A stretch of 49,882 nt of DNA, counting the filler, from Trypethelium eluteriae (taxonomy: Eukaryota): assembly GCA_051942245.1 (NCBI GenBank). It is 2 parts of 2 records of this genome, joined end to end, with 100 filler letters (N's around TTAATTAATTAA, not from the genome) between each part and the next. Parts side by side here need not be neighbours in the genome. Positions count along the whole stretch, not along the records: positions 25,001 to 49,882 come from JAVECL010000391.1; 1 more part is not named here. One strand, given 5' to 3'. Numbering within the stretch: the first letter of the stretch is position 1; each line of letters begins with the position of its first letter. Both the position numbers and the translations under genes were made by a program. Shown here piece after piece: positions 34,801-46,736 of this stretch. The notes beneath the pieces are model-generated. The model was not told where the DNA came from. It saw only the letters and a program-made list of their open reading frames with translations, and did not search any database.

Positions 34801-35373
34801 TATCTTCTCTTGTCGACACGTGCTAACAAGCCTTGAAGTTATAAACCATCTGCTCTCCTCCAAAACTATACAGATATTGAGACTTATCCGATTGTGAGTT
34901 CCTTGTTTTATAGGCTATTCTCCTAATATCTAATGGATTATCTCATATAGTATCCCTTTGGGTACGGCCTCTCGTACAGCCAATTTTCCGTCTCTAAATT
35001 TTCAGCATCATCTTCTTCCTCAAATACGTCGAGCAGCTCAGGAACCTTCACGGACACATCTACGATTGTGTTTTCTGTTCAGATCACTAACACTGGACCC
35101 ATCGCCGGAAGCTATGTCCCACAGGTATATCTTCTAGGTAGGGTATCGTCTGTCGTTCGTGTTGTTAGGCAGTTGGTCGCTTTTACCCGCGTATATCTCT
35201 CTGCTGGGGAGACACAAACAGTGCATATGGAGCTGGATGTTGGAAGGTATCTACCAATATTAGATCGCGCTTACAACTGGATGGTGGAGAAGGGAAACTA
35301 TACCTTCGCGCTGATGGAGAATGGCGGGAGCCAAGCTGACACTGATACAAATGTAACTTTGACTTGTATATAA
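31863..35373 (+). CDS. Secreted GH3 beta-glucosidase/xylosidase with PA14 and FnIII-like domains, many introns
   Basis: Signal peptide; IPFLQTGECLHGV, FPQSIGMSASFD, APVLDLGKDPRWGRVQE, MK/HFAAHG, SIVLLEN, YPFGYGLSY, VQITNTG...YVPQVY. Confidence 0.93.
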
Positions 35374-35650
35374 AGCCCTGATCGGCAAGGCAGTGAGCTG
35401 ACTGCAACTGTACACAATAAAGATGGTAGACAATAAGGCTAGTTCAACAAGTATTTGGTAGACTGATGGCGCCAGGAGTGCCATAAGAAATGTTGACGGG
35501 ATACGCTGAGGCTGAGCAAGCAGGAGGGTAGTCACCTGGAATAACTCAAAACCTGGCCGAGTTCCTCTAGTAGGGTATATTCATTGGTCTTTAGCAATCT
35601 ACAGCAATTACCATCTTCCACTAATATCTAGCCTTTCTACTTTCCAATTA

Positions 35651-36010
35651 CTAAGTGTTTCCCACAAAAAAAAGTGTGTCAGAGTGTTCAGCACTCAGCA
35701 CTTCCTCTATCAATCGAAAAAGTTTACTTACTAGCTTAATAGCTTCTTCGTGGCGGTCTTGCTCCTTCCATGTGAACGCAAGAGTGTTCATGCTGGTCAG
35801 CGTGTCGGGGTGGTCTTCCGTGAGCTTCTTCTTGCTAATCTCCGTCACCTGCAATCTCAGCTCTTCCGCCATCCCATCGATCTTGATTCCTGTATGTCTC
35901 CCCAATATTAGTCATGCTGGTCAGCGTGGAAGGGCGGCCCTCCCCGAGCTTCTTCAGCGGCTCGGCTTTGTCTTATCGACCCTCGAAGAAGGGAGGCCCT
36001 CACATATTGA
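35651..36010 (-). pseudogene. Frameshifted relic of kinesin-light-chain-type TPR repeats (C-terminus of a fungal NB-ARC/TPR NLR-like gene)
   Basis: AEELRLQVTEISKKKLTEDHPDTLTSMNTLAFTWKEQDRHEEAIKL; previous repeat LGEGRPSTLTSMTNIGETYRNQDRW lies in another frame; no upstream domain seen. Confidence 0.7.
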
Positions 36011-36579
36011 GGCCTTGGAATTCGCAGGACCAGTAGGTCCTTTGCAATAACATGAGTTATGTCTCTTCTTATGCAGAGGCGGATCGGTATTTTAACGAGG
36101 GCATGGATAATCAAGGTTTAACACAGCCAACGGAGGTATATTAGGAAAGTTTAGTCAGCTTCCTAGATGCTATATGGCCTCTTTGAAGACTGTTTCATCT
36201 CTATAACCACGATAAGGAAAGTAACGCCAGTCGACTCAGCTCTGAATGAAATACCCTGCCCTTGTAATGATATGTCCATCGGAGAACAAAGGAATGAGTA
36301 CCAAAGCTTCCTTTGTCTGAACCACTCTCGACTAGTAGTCTTTGTGCTGGGAATTGGGAATCGGATTTGTTGAGCGAAAGAAACTGCAGTGTATTGAGTT
36401 GTGTAGAATCTAGGTTGAGGAGGAACCTCAGAGAGAGACTATGTAGGCCTGCACTAGTACAAATGAAGTAGAGTTATCACTCTCCATGGTACGCTCCTGC
36501 CCATGGGCCTCGGGGACCGCTTCCCACAACAGGATTTGCTTTTTAAAGAGATCTATTCTCATTTCAGCCGATTTCGACC

Positions 36580-36951
36580 AGGGTTCGGAAACATAGTTGA
36601 GTATGGAATAACTATCCCATATCCAGAAATTTCTGGATTGGATAGCATAGCATAATTATGCGCATAATATTTGTATCTAGCTAATTAGGCTTGATATTTA
36701 TGGAATTGGGCTTAATACTGGCTTGACTAGGCTTAGTCTGTGGCCCTCTTATTACGGGGCCCCTGTAAAGGGAGAGACTTTAGCAGGGATAGAAAGGGTA
36801 CAAATTGAACCCAATTCAGCCAACATTTTGCCTATCCCACAGATATCAAGCCTAATTAGCTAGATACAGATATTATGCGAATAATTATGCTATGCTATCC
36901 ATACACAGCTTTATGTATGCATTATTCTATGCAGCTATGTTTCCGAACCTA
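36580..36951. mobile_element. MITE-like non-autonomous foldback element, about 370 bp
   Basis: Left GGTTCGGAAACATAGTTG versus right CAGCTATGTTTCCGAACC; internal inverted match of about 65 bp (about 36639-36704 versus 36835-36901); no ORF; no clear TSD. Confidence 0.7.
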
Positions 36952-37313
36952 TATACTTGCTTACATAATTCTCAGGCTGCCAAAAGAAAAGTGCATGCGG
37001 GGTAATGATGTTGTGTAAGGTACCTACAAGCACACCTACCTAAGGTAGGTACCTAAGGCAATTCTATCACGTATTCCTTAGCTGCTAGGGTATATGGGGT
37101 TCTCTCCTCCATAGCTGAATCTACAGGCTTTCTTCGCCTTTCATCAAACATCATCAGGTCGACACATGGTCATGCACTTCGCCACAGATGTTGTGGCAAT
37201 ACCCAGTGCTGCGTGACAGCCCAGCTCAGCCTCGTACATACGAATTTCGCATCGCACTTCTTTCCGCATGATATTCTAAGCTATTTCTTGAATCCAGGAC
37301 AAACTCATTTGTT

Positions 37314-40300
37314 ATGGCGATCGATCCACTGTCTGCCATCGGTCTGGGCGCTAATATCCTGCAGTTCATCGAATTCATCTCCAAATTAATCAGTATCGGG
37401 AATGAAATACATAGTTCTGTCTATGGTACAACGGTAGAAAATTTCGATCTCGAAGTTATCACCCGTACTGTTTCCGGCTTACACCAAAGGATATATGAAT
37501 CGAACGAAGAATGGAAAGTAACAACGAAAGGTCGGGTTTCTAATACGGATCGTGAGATTGAGAGGCTCGCTTCCTCTTGCGATGAGATCGCGGAGGATCT
37601 GTTGAGCGTACTAGCTGAACTAAGAGCTCCAGGGAAACTGAGTAAATGGAATAGCATGGCCGATGCTTTGAAGACTGTATGGGCGAGGTCAAAAATCAAG
37701 GCTCTTCGTGATCGACTCGACCAGTACAAGGCGGGCCTACATTCTTCACTAATGATATCCCTCATGTAAGAGCGCTGATATCTACTCAAGTAGCTCTAAT
37801 GACAATCCAAACAGGGACAAGGTTACAAACCTGACACCGACACTTACCCGGCAGCTAGCTTCAGGCTCTCAATTAGACAGGATTAAAGGCGAGCTTCTGC
37901 AGGCCATCTGGGAAGCTAATGCCTCCCGGGGGGTATCCGAAGCTGTAGCTCCCATTGATCTTAGACCAATATCGAGTCATCTCTCGCAGTTGACACGGCA
38001 TGAGCGGGTGTCACATTTGCAATCCCAGATACTGGAGCAGCTTAGCTTCCAAGACCAGCACGATAGAGAGTTTCGGATCGCGTCAGCCCATGCCCAGACA
38101 TTCAAGTGGATATTTCATCAAACGCATGATCAATCTGAGACGATGCCCTGGTCGAACTTTCGATCTTGGCTTGAGGATAACAACGAGCATCTCTACTGGA
38201 TTACGGGTAAAGCAGGTTCGGGCAAGTCTACTCTCATGAAATTCATCGTTCATGAACACCAGTGCGAGGAACTGCTGCGCAACTGGGCTGGCGATATGCC
38301 TCTTATAATGACCCGCTTTTACTTCTGGAATTCGGGAACTGTGGCCCAAATGTCTCAGGAAGGCCTGCTAAGAACAATCCTTTATGATGCTCTTAGCCAG
38401 AAGCCGGAACTTATCGCGAAAATCATGCCTAATCGGTGGATTCGATCGCAAATGTTTGGATGTGATCTTCACCCTTGGAGCTTGTCAGAGCTCGCTCAGG
38501 CCTTCAGGCGCCTTCTGGCACAATCAGAGTCATATAAATTATGCTTCTTCGTTGATGGCCTTGATGAGTTCGACGGAGATCATGAGGAACTCATTGGCCT
38601 CTTCAAGAACGCGGTATCATATCAAAATGTCAAGGCATGCTTATCTAGTCGTCCATGGGTCATTTTTGAAGAGGCGTTTTTTCAACGCCCCAGTCTGATG
38701 CTCGAAAAACTAACGTTTAGTGACATCGTTCAATACATCACTGCGAATTTTGACGACAACTCAGGTTTCCGAGCGCTTCAGCGACGTGAACCTGATTTCG
38801 CGTCTACTTTAATCAACAACATCGCCATCAAAGCATGCGGAGTTTTTCTATGGGTGACATTGGTTGTTAAATCGCTTCTAAGTGGGATGTCCAACTACGA
38901 CCGCATCTCCGACTTACAAAAGCGGCTGGATAGACTTCCTGGTGATCTAGAAAAATTCTACCGGAAGATTTTCAATAGCATCGAGCATGAATATGTGGAG
39001 CATGCTTGTCAGTATTTCCGACTTGTTGCTGCGGCCAATGGCAACTTGACAGTTTTGCAGCTATCTTTTGCCGATGAAGACGATTTGTCGAAATTAATAC
39101 ATGAGAGACCAGTGGAGCTTCTGAACGATGAAGAGGCAGACTATCGGTTCGAATCGACAAAGCGTCGCTTAAATAGCCGTTGCAAGGGGTTTCTTGAAAT
39201 TCCTACGAGACCATTGGGAGTCAGAGACTCAGTGTTACTATCTACCTCTAAAACTTTTAGTGATGATCGCCATTTACGCTATCTACAAAGAGTCGCCTAT
39301 CTTCATAGGACCGTGAAAGATTTTCTCAAGACAGCTGAAGTCGACGAGAGAATCAAAGCATCAACGAAGAACTTCAAACCATGCGTCCCTCTACTGAATT
39401 CGAGCGTACTGATGCTGAAGACTACTATGGACCCAGCCCATTGTCGCCACATCATGATTTATGCCGAACAAGCTGACACGATAGGCTACCATTACATCAA
39501 AATCCTCGATGAAGTACACAAGTCTCTAGACGCTCATCCTTATCCTCCTAATCTACACAAAGGCAGTTTGTTTCATACTATCAATAAAGATATCCCTCCA
39601 GAAGCTGGATTCTTGGAATTTGTCACCTACTATAACGTCTCTTCGTATGTCTCGGCCAAGATCTTACAGAATGTTCCGCTTTTCGCGAATCCCGCTATTG
39701 GACCACTCCTAGACCGTCTTATAGTGGACTATAGAGAGCTCAAAGCTCTTCGCGACCCCGAATTGCGGTCAGGCCCTTTGCCACCTCCTAGTCTTACTCT
39801 TGTTCGGCACTTGCTTAACGGTGGTGGAGACCCCAACTTCATCGTCGCAGGGCGAACAACGTGGCAGGCTGTTCTCGAAGAAAGCGTATTTGTCTCGAAT
39901 GTCGTGAATCTTTGGACTACTTGTGGACGGGCCAAATACATCGTTCCAACTCTTGAGCACTGGGCTTCCATAGTCGAGATATTCATCCTTTCAGGCGCAG
40001 ATCCACAAGCTAACCGCAATTCGCCACAAGCGTCGCGAATTCGTGAAGCTTTTGGAACAAGAATGCCTCATAGAGCGATGGGTCTTGAAAAGCTCTTAGC
40101 CGAGAGAATGAAGAGGAGATCTACGGCGGCTAGAATTGTTCCACTGCTATCACACATCGCTGTACCGGATTTCCATGATATAAGGCCAATGCCAGTAATG
40201 AACAGGCAAAGTAGGGCTGAAACGGCACGAGCGACGCTCAGCGAGACATTCCGTCTCACAGCTCATTCTGAAAACGATTTTTCTACGAAACCGACGGGGA

Positions 40301-40353
40301 AAAGGTGCCGACCGAAATATTCTCTGGATCCTGCACACAGATACTACCAATGA
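37314..40353 (+). CDS. Fungal NLR-like STAND protein: N-terminal HeLo-like/SesA domain plus NACHT
   Basis: MAIDPLSAIGLGANILQFIEFISKLIS; intron 37767-37814 joins in frame to the 37990 ORF; AHAQTFKWIF, Walker A WITGKAGSGKSTLMK, Walker B FFVDGLDE, SSRPW, GVFLWV. Confidence 0.88.
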
Positions 40354-41545
40354 AGCCTTAATCAATCGAAAAGCAACTGCCGGAATGAGTTGGCATTGGT
40401 GTTATGCAGATCCGACACTGCGAAACGTTCAATCGTCGTCTCTATGGATTGTTAAGTAAATAGATACACACAATTTCTGGTTATCAAGAGTGGTAGTGAG
40501 ATCGTAACCGGGCAAAAGTGTTAGGCGGAATGCATAAAGTCTATTGTTAATCCTACAATTGTGGATCGGTTCTCTTCTCGCATAGCCAGCCCAAGTCTAC
40601 ACATATGCATGCTAGACTCTTCTCCTGAGTCCTCCAACATCGTTGGCATGGCAATAGTGGAGGCCCCTTGACGGCGAGCGAACCAACGCAGACTATCATA
40701 AGTGCAGCGGAGGTACTAGAAGAGGCCTGTGTTATTCTTTGAAGCTCTCTTGCGACCCTTCACTTCAGCTCCGCTGAGAGCCTTTTGGGCTATCGCGCTA
40801 CCTAATTTTGGAGAGCAAGAACTGATAGAGCTAGAGACTTGTCATGGGAACCGTTCCAGTCAACGTCATAGTCACTCCATCGCTATTCGGACTTCCCACA
40901 AGAAAAGCGCAGAGACCATGCCGCGAATCCTCGTGATATGATAGCGGAACCCTCCAAACCACAGACATTGCCAACTACCCTAACATTTTTTCTGAGCCGT
41001 CGTCGACAGCAGAGGAACCACGATTCGGCTCTGTAACAACATACTCAGGTATCCCATCGTCAAGGGAAGGCAGCACATACGGCCTTGCCACAATCGGCAT
41101 GACGAACCGTTGTTCCGACGGCTGCTCCGTAGCGGTTATGCACATCACCAACGTGTCGGATGAGCCGAAGTAGTGAAATGCGAGCTGTTTTGAAAGGGAA
41201 AATGTAGGTCTGCTGATCTATCTGGCAAAGAACAACGCAGGCAACGATAATGGATACGCAGATACCTCGATCGCCACCCCTGCTGTTACGCTGATCAGAG
41301 ACCTATTCTGATTGTTCTTGATTGGTTTAGCGCTAATGCTTCTGCATGGTGTAATCTATTCATGTATATTGTGGTTTGTCGGCTATGTCCGTAGGGATCA
41401 TTCGTTAAATAGGAGCAAGCATAGTGAGAGGACGCTCAAGAGATAGATGATTCGCAAAATGAAAACTAAAATACAAGCTCAAGCTTTCGTAAAGTTTCAT
41501 ATACATCAAAGTCTCATATGCTAGATGCTTGATCATGACAGCCTT

Positions 41546-43243
41546 CTAGTCTTGATCCTGTAGAAGTGCGTCCTCTTCTGGCGGCAGGGGATCCGATGCT
41601 GATGACACCTTCGAAGTCGTTTCCTTCGGGATGTGCTTAATAAGTTCTGGATCCTCCGTGAGAAGTATGTGCCTCGCTTCATCGACTGTAATGGGACTAT
41701 CGTCTGGCTCGTTTGCTTTAAGACCCGTCGGAATTGCCGAAACGACCTCAATGAGAAGCTCCTTTGCTTCCGGTGTGTTCCAGATATTTTTTGCTCGCTT
41801 GACGTACATCTCCATTTCTAAGATCTCTCGCTCGGTGCGTGGCATCGAACCCCAGATGCTGGGGGGGATCTGGTCGATTTCTAGTTCTTGGAAAAGGCGG
41901 GCAGTGATCCAGGGCCAGCGTGCGGCAGACTTATAGAGCTGCTGCTTCCCATCATTGAGAGTCTTGGCATGGTTGATAGCCAGCCCCCGCGAAAGCTGTA
42001 TGTTCGGAAGCTTGCCCCATAACCACGGTTTGTCCATGGCTTTGTAAAGCTCTAGGAAATGCTCGACTTGCTTGGATCGTATAGCATATTGATCCATGAT
42101 GAGACAGATGCGGTATGGATCGTTGAAAGGGTCAAGGCCAAGCAGTAGCATAAGCCATTCGTAGGAGGTTCTGAAGAGGGAACGCATGCTGAGATTGCCG
42201 ATAAAGCGCCATACAGCAAGCCAGAACTCTCGGTTCTCAGCTCGGAGGAAGCTTAACCTTGCTTTACCGTGTGACAAATTGTTTGAAAACGTACTGTGGA
42301 CTGCCCTGCCGAACGAAAATAACGCACGCTCAAGCAACTCTCCGGCAATCGCATGATCTCCTTGATGCTTGGCAATTTCCGAGACTTGGAGGAGAGTGGA
42401 AATGTGATAGGGATTGAAGTGGAGGTGTTGTACCATTCTTTCCGGATCCATAGACGCGACGCATGCCTCAAATTGCCTCTGCGAGTCTCTGTAGGACCCA
42501 TTGTGAACGAATGCGTATTCGACTGAACCATCGGACCGCTTCTCAACGACCTCCATTCCCAGACCACCGCTAGGTGCTGACGGCCAGTTCTCTCGGCCTT
42601 GGATGAAAATGTTTCGTTTTCGTGCTAGTTCAGCAAGACTGCTCCCTCGGCTTCCTATTGCTGCGGCAAGACCACCCTGCTGTTGGCCCCTGTTTCTTCT
42701 CCCTTCACCTTCGTCTTCGACTGCTGTGCGTCCGAAGAGTCGACGCATCTCGTTGGCAGCATGTAAATGACTTGTGTCGACTGACAATAACCTACAAAGT
42801 TCCTCGACCTCGGGATCAACAGTAGAGACAGTGGCTGTGTCTGGCTTTGCAGCGTTCGATTTTGTAGACAACGCTTGAAGTGCAGCGTCTATCTCATCCA
42901 TCTGAGCAGCTTGCGTCCCTTCTTCTACAAGAGCTTTCTTTTTCTTGGTTGCTTTCTTCTTTTTCTTTTTTCGCTTTGCAGTTGACGTAGGCCCCTGGTT
43001 CTCGGCACCTGAGGCTTCTTGTGTCTGCGGTACTCCCCCTTCTTTTAGCTCTTGCTCTTCTTCGTCGTCATCGGACTGATTATGCTCGCTCTCAGCCTCG
43101 TCCAGCATTGAGAAAAGGCTCTTTTGTGGGCGTCTAGCACCGCGAGACTCATCCGGTCCATCTGCGTCTTCAATTTCCTGACCAGCTAAGCGGTCTTGCT
43201 CTTCTCGCTCTTTCTGTGCTTTTCTAAGAGCTCGCGAAGACAT
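41546..43243 (-). CDS. RQC1: Ribosome quality control subunit Rqc1 (Tcf25 family)
   Basis: MSSRALRK N-terminus; EMRRLFG; NPYHISTLLQVSEI..HQGD, LLERALFSF, ENREFWLA, LLGLDP..DPY. Confidence 0.9.
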   Translation of the reverse strand: MSSRALRKAQKEREEQDRLAGQEIEDADGPDESRGARRPQKSLFSMLDEAESEHNQSDDDEEEQELKEGGVPQTQEASGAENQGPTSTAKRKKKKKKATKKKKALVEEGTQAAQMDEIDAALQALSTKSNAAKPDTATVSTVDPEVEELCRLLSVDTSHLHAANEMRRLFGRTAVEDEGEGRRNRGQQQGGLAAAIGSRGSSLAELARKRNIFIQGRENWPSAPSGGLGMEVVEKRSDGSVEYAFVHNGSYRDSQRQFEACVASMDPERMVQHLHFNPYHISTLLQVSEIAKHQGDHAIAGELLERALFSFGRAVHSTFSNNLSHGKARLSFLRAENREFWLAVWRFIGNLSMRSLFRTSYEWLMLLLGLDPFNDPYRICLIMDQYAIRSKQVEHFLELYKAMDKPWLWGKLPNIQLSRGLAINHAKTLNDGKQQLYKSAARWPWITARLFQELEIDQIPPSIWGSMPRTEREILEMEMYVKRAKNIWNTPEAKELLIEVVSAIPTGLKANEPDDSPITVDEARHILLTEDPELIKHIPKETTSKVSSASDPLPPEEDALLQDQD

Positions 43244-43664
43244 TGAATCTCAGCTGAATATTCGAGTTTGACAATGGAAAATTTTGAAGCTACGAAAGAT
43301 TGGGCAAGAAAGCCGGAAACGCACGTGGTGAAGTCGTGTGCATCCAATGTGTGATCAACGATAGTATCATGACTTTTCACTCATGCATAAATCTTAAGAG
43401 CCCCTCAAAATCTGAATCCCTGAGTAACAGCTGCAATGCAAGTCTCATCTGGGATATTCACCACCGAATATTAGTCTCAACAGTAGGCCGTCGAGGAATG
43501 TTCTCTAATCGGCTTGAACCTTTCCGGCGATCTCACGTCATCAACTCCGGGCAAACGCGGGCAGTATTCAACCTCCCCTTAAGCTTGCTCGAATTCCTGG
43601 TTACGTCCGTAAAGTCTTCTTCACCTACCTTCGCATCCTTCACCCTCCCTCATACTTCGCCTCG

Positions 43665-45675
43665 ATGCGTCGAGCAGCAGTCCAAGCCTTCCGTGCTGCT
43701 CGACGTCCTGGTCTCCGGAAGCTCGTGCGAAGCCGCAGCAATAACTTCACGCCCAATCACCACAATGCACTAACCTACCGGTCCATCTGGACACGCAAAG
43801 AGCGTAGCATCGCACCTCTGGCTGCTTCTATGCAGCTGCGGCCACTGTCGATAGCTGTCGCATCATCCCTTGTTGCAGGTGGAGCCTGGCTGTTCGCTAC
43901 CCGGTCCAACTCTACACAAGCCTTGGACAGCGTCTCGAACCCGGTTTCGCACGTCCGGTCGAGTTATGTGGAAACTAAGAAGGGCTATGCAGGAAGCTAC
44001 TATTCGGTATCTCAGAACGCAGGGCTGAGTAAAGAAGAGTTGGAAAAGGCAGCAGAATCAACACGCAAGGCTCTCTTTGTCGGACCAGAGGAACTCTACA
44101 GTGCAACGATAAGCGGCAGTGGTCCTCTTTCCAAGGACACGGACGACGCCGGACGGAAAGTTCTAGAGATGATGACGCCTGAGCAAGTCGATCGCAAGCT
44201 CAGACGCAATGAGGAGTCGTACATCGTAGGCCGAGGCAATGGTGTCGTGCGCTATGACACTGCCCAACTTCCTAGCAACGATCCTATCGAAGACGACCAC
44301 GCTGAGAAAATTGTCGAAGTCCCACAGAGCATCGCAGCCACAGAAGATGGTACCGCAAGCAGCGACTGGATGTTCTGGGGTGTTTTTGACGGACACAGGT
44401 AAACTCTACACCGATAACCCCCTGTGCCCCATCCTTCACACATCCCATCTAACTCTGCCTCCCTCAGCGGCTGGACCACCTCCGCCAAACTCCGCCAAGT
44501 CCTAATCTCCTTCGTCGCCCGCGAACTCACCGAAACCTACCAATCCGCCCTCACCGACCCAACCCTAACCTTCCCTTCCTCCTCCGCCATCGACGCTGCC
44601 ATCAAAAAGGGCTTCGTCAAGCTCGACCACGAAATCGTGCACGATGCCGCCAGCCACGTGCTGAAAGTGCAATCGAAGCGTGTCGCCGCGGAAGTGCTCG
44701 CGCCCGCGCTGTCCGGCTCCTGCGCCCTGCTCTCCTTCTACGACACGCGCTCGCACGAGCTGCGCGTCGCCTGCACCGGCGACTCACGCGCGGTGCTGGG
44801 CCGGCGGGCCGCGAGCGGGAAGTGGACCGCGACAGCGCTGTCTGAGGACCAGACGGGGGCCACGGCGTCCGAGATGGCGCGTCTGCGGCGCGAGCATCCG
44901 GGCGAGGAGTACGTGACGCAGAACGGGCGTATTCTGGGGGGGCTGGAGCCGTCGCGCGCGTTCGGCGATTCGCTGTATAAGTGGAGTCTGGAGACGCAGG
45001 AGCGCATCAAGAAGAGCTATTTTGGGCGCTCGCCGAGTCCGAGGTGCAAGACGCCGCCGTATGTGACGGCGGAGCCGGTGGTCACGACGACGAAGGTGCA
45101 GCCTGAGAATGGGGACTTTGTGGTCATGGCGACGGATGGGTTGTGGGAGATGCTGACTAATGAGGAGGTGGTGGGCTTGGTGGGTCAGTGGCTGGAGGCG
45201 CAAGAGAAGGGCGTGGGGGTGGCAGCCAACAGGAGCCAGGGGTGGTTGACGAGTTGGTTTAGCGGTGAGAAAGGGTTGCCAGTTGAGGCGAGCGAGAAAC
45301 AAGATGGTAAGGGAGGAGGTCAAAGAGCGCCGATCCGTCAGCAGCAATGGGGCGTGCAGGGCAAAGCGGATGCGCGCTTCGTGGTGGAGGATAAGAATGC
45401 GGCGACGCATTTAATTCGGAATGCGCTTGGCGGGAAAGACAGAGATATGGTCTGTGCTTTGTTGACGCTGCCCAGTCCATACTCGAGGCGATACAGGTAA
45501 GTTGCCTTCGGTGGCCAACACGCAGTAGGACGCAACGGCTAATGGTGAAGCTCATAGGGACGACCTAACGGTGGAGGTCATTTTCTTCGGAAATAAGGGA
45601 GAAGGCTCCGGAAATGTGGAGCGAAACAAGGAGGCTAGTGCGGCTTTTTCGGAAGCCTTTAAGGCTAAACTATGA
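43665..45675 (+). CDS. PTC5: Mitochondrial PP2C-type pyruvate dehydrogenase phosphatase Ptc5 (3 exons)
   Basis: Presequence MRRAAVQAFRAARR; QLPSNDPIEDD, FWGVFDGH/SGW, TGDSRAVLG, LEPSRAFGD, MATDGLWE, RRYR/DDLTVEVIFFG...KAKL*. Confidence 0.92.
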
Positions 45676-46736
45676 AGCCTCTTGAAGAGCATAGAGAATT
45701 CGCTTGTATCCCATATCTAGATACCCAATCAGTTAACTCAGCCGACGGTAATATACAGCATCCTTGCCACATGCGGTGCTTAGGACGTGCATACGAGCAA
45801 GCGTGAAGTATGCTCATAGAGGGCTGAAAACCTGCTCGTTTCAGCGTGTCAGGTGGCGATATGGGGAAGGCCTCAGATAACATGAAGAATGCCTCGGGGT
45901 GGCAGGAAGGGGTGCCTAAGGCGGAGTAAAGAATGCCTTGAGCGAAGTGAACACAGCCTTAAACGATAGGGGACATGCCCAGTATCTAAAATGGAACGCA
46001 GAAAGATCCCTTCATCGATGGCGTGGGATCATGCCGTTGCGGAGCCTTCATGTCTTCACGTCTTGAGATCGGAAGGCTGTTTTCGTATTATGGATACCTT
46101 GAGCATGGATAAAGCCTGGCGGCAGAACCGGAACGACGATTGGCAGGCGGAGACGGAAAGGCGTCCCGGCCCGTAGAGGAGAGTAAGTGGAGTAATGCGA
46201 GTAAGGGGGAAAAAAAGAAAAGAAAGAGGGACTGGATCGGGCAGCGAAAAGGTCCATTTACGTAGATGAGACGTTGTTTTGGGCATTTCCAGGGTCTGCA
46301 AAGGGCGCTACAGTGCGTCACACGCCATGTCTTTGGACTTGGGAGCGGTGGAAGCAAATACTTGACCCGTTTTGGCGTCCTCGTGCTCTGAGCCGTTCCC
46401 GCCGGGAATTGCTAGCCGTTTCAGGGATAACCCTTCACTGCCTTGAAGTATAAAGCGCCATGAGTGCGTGGGGGTGGGTGGCCAGATTCGTGAGATTTGA
46501 GTAACCTTCACGCCTCAAGCCGTTGACAACATCGGCAGCTGCCAACAAACGCCTATGGCTTCGGCGAGGCCGCAGATTTTGGCACCAGGCAGATTCTACA
46601 CCATTAGATGAATAGATACGCTTGACAATCAAGTAGCAGTAGGTTGACTATTTCAATTTAATGATGGCGCCGCTCGCCATGGCCTTCGTTTCTTTTGGGT
46701 GCGAAAAGAATTAACTTCACTCTTGGATTGCACATC

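Noticed and set aside
37016..37059. TAGGTA/TACCTA mini-palindromes (also CCTATCTAGGT twice at about 24759-24811)
   Set aside because: Short low-complexity motifs common in fungal intergenic DNA; no supportable function
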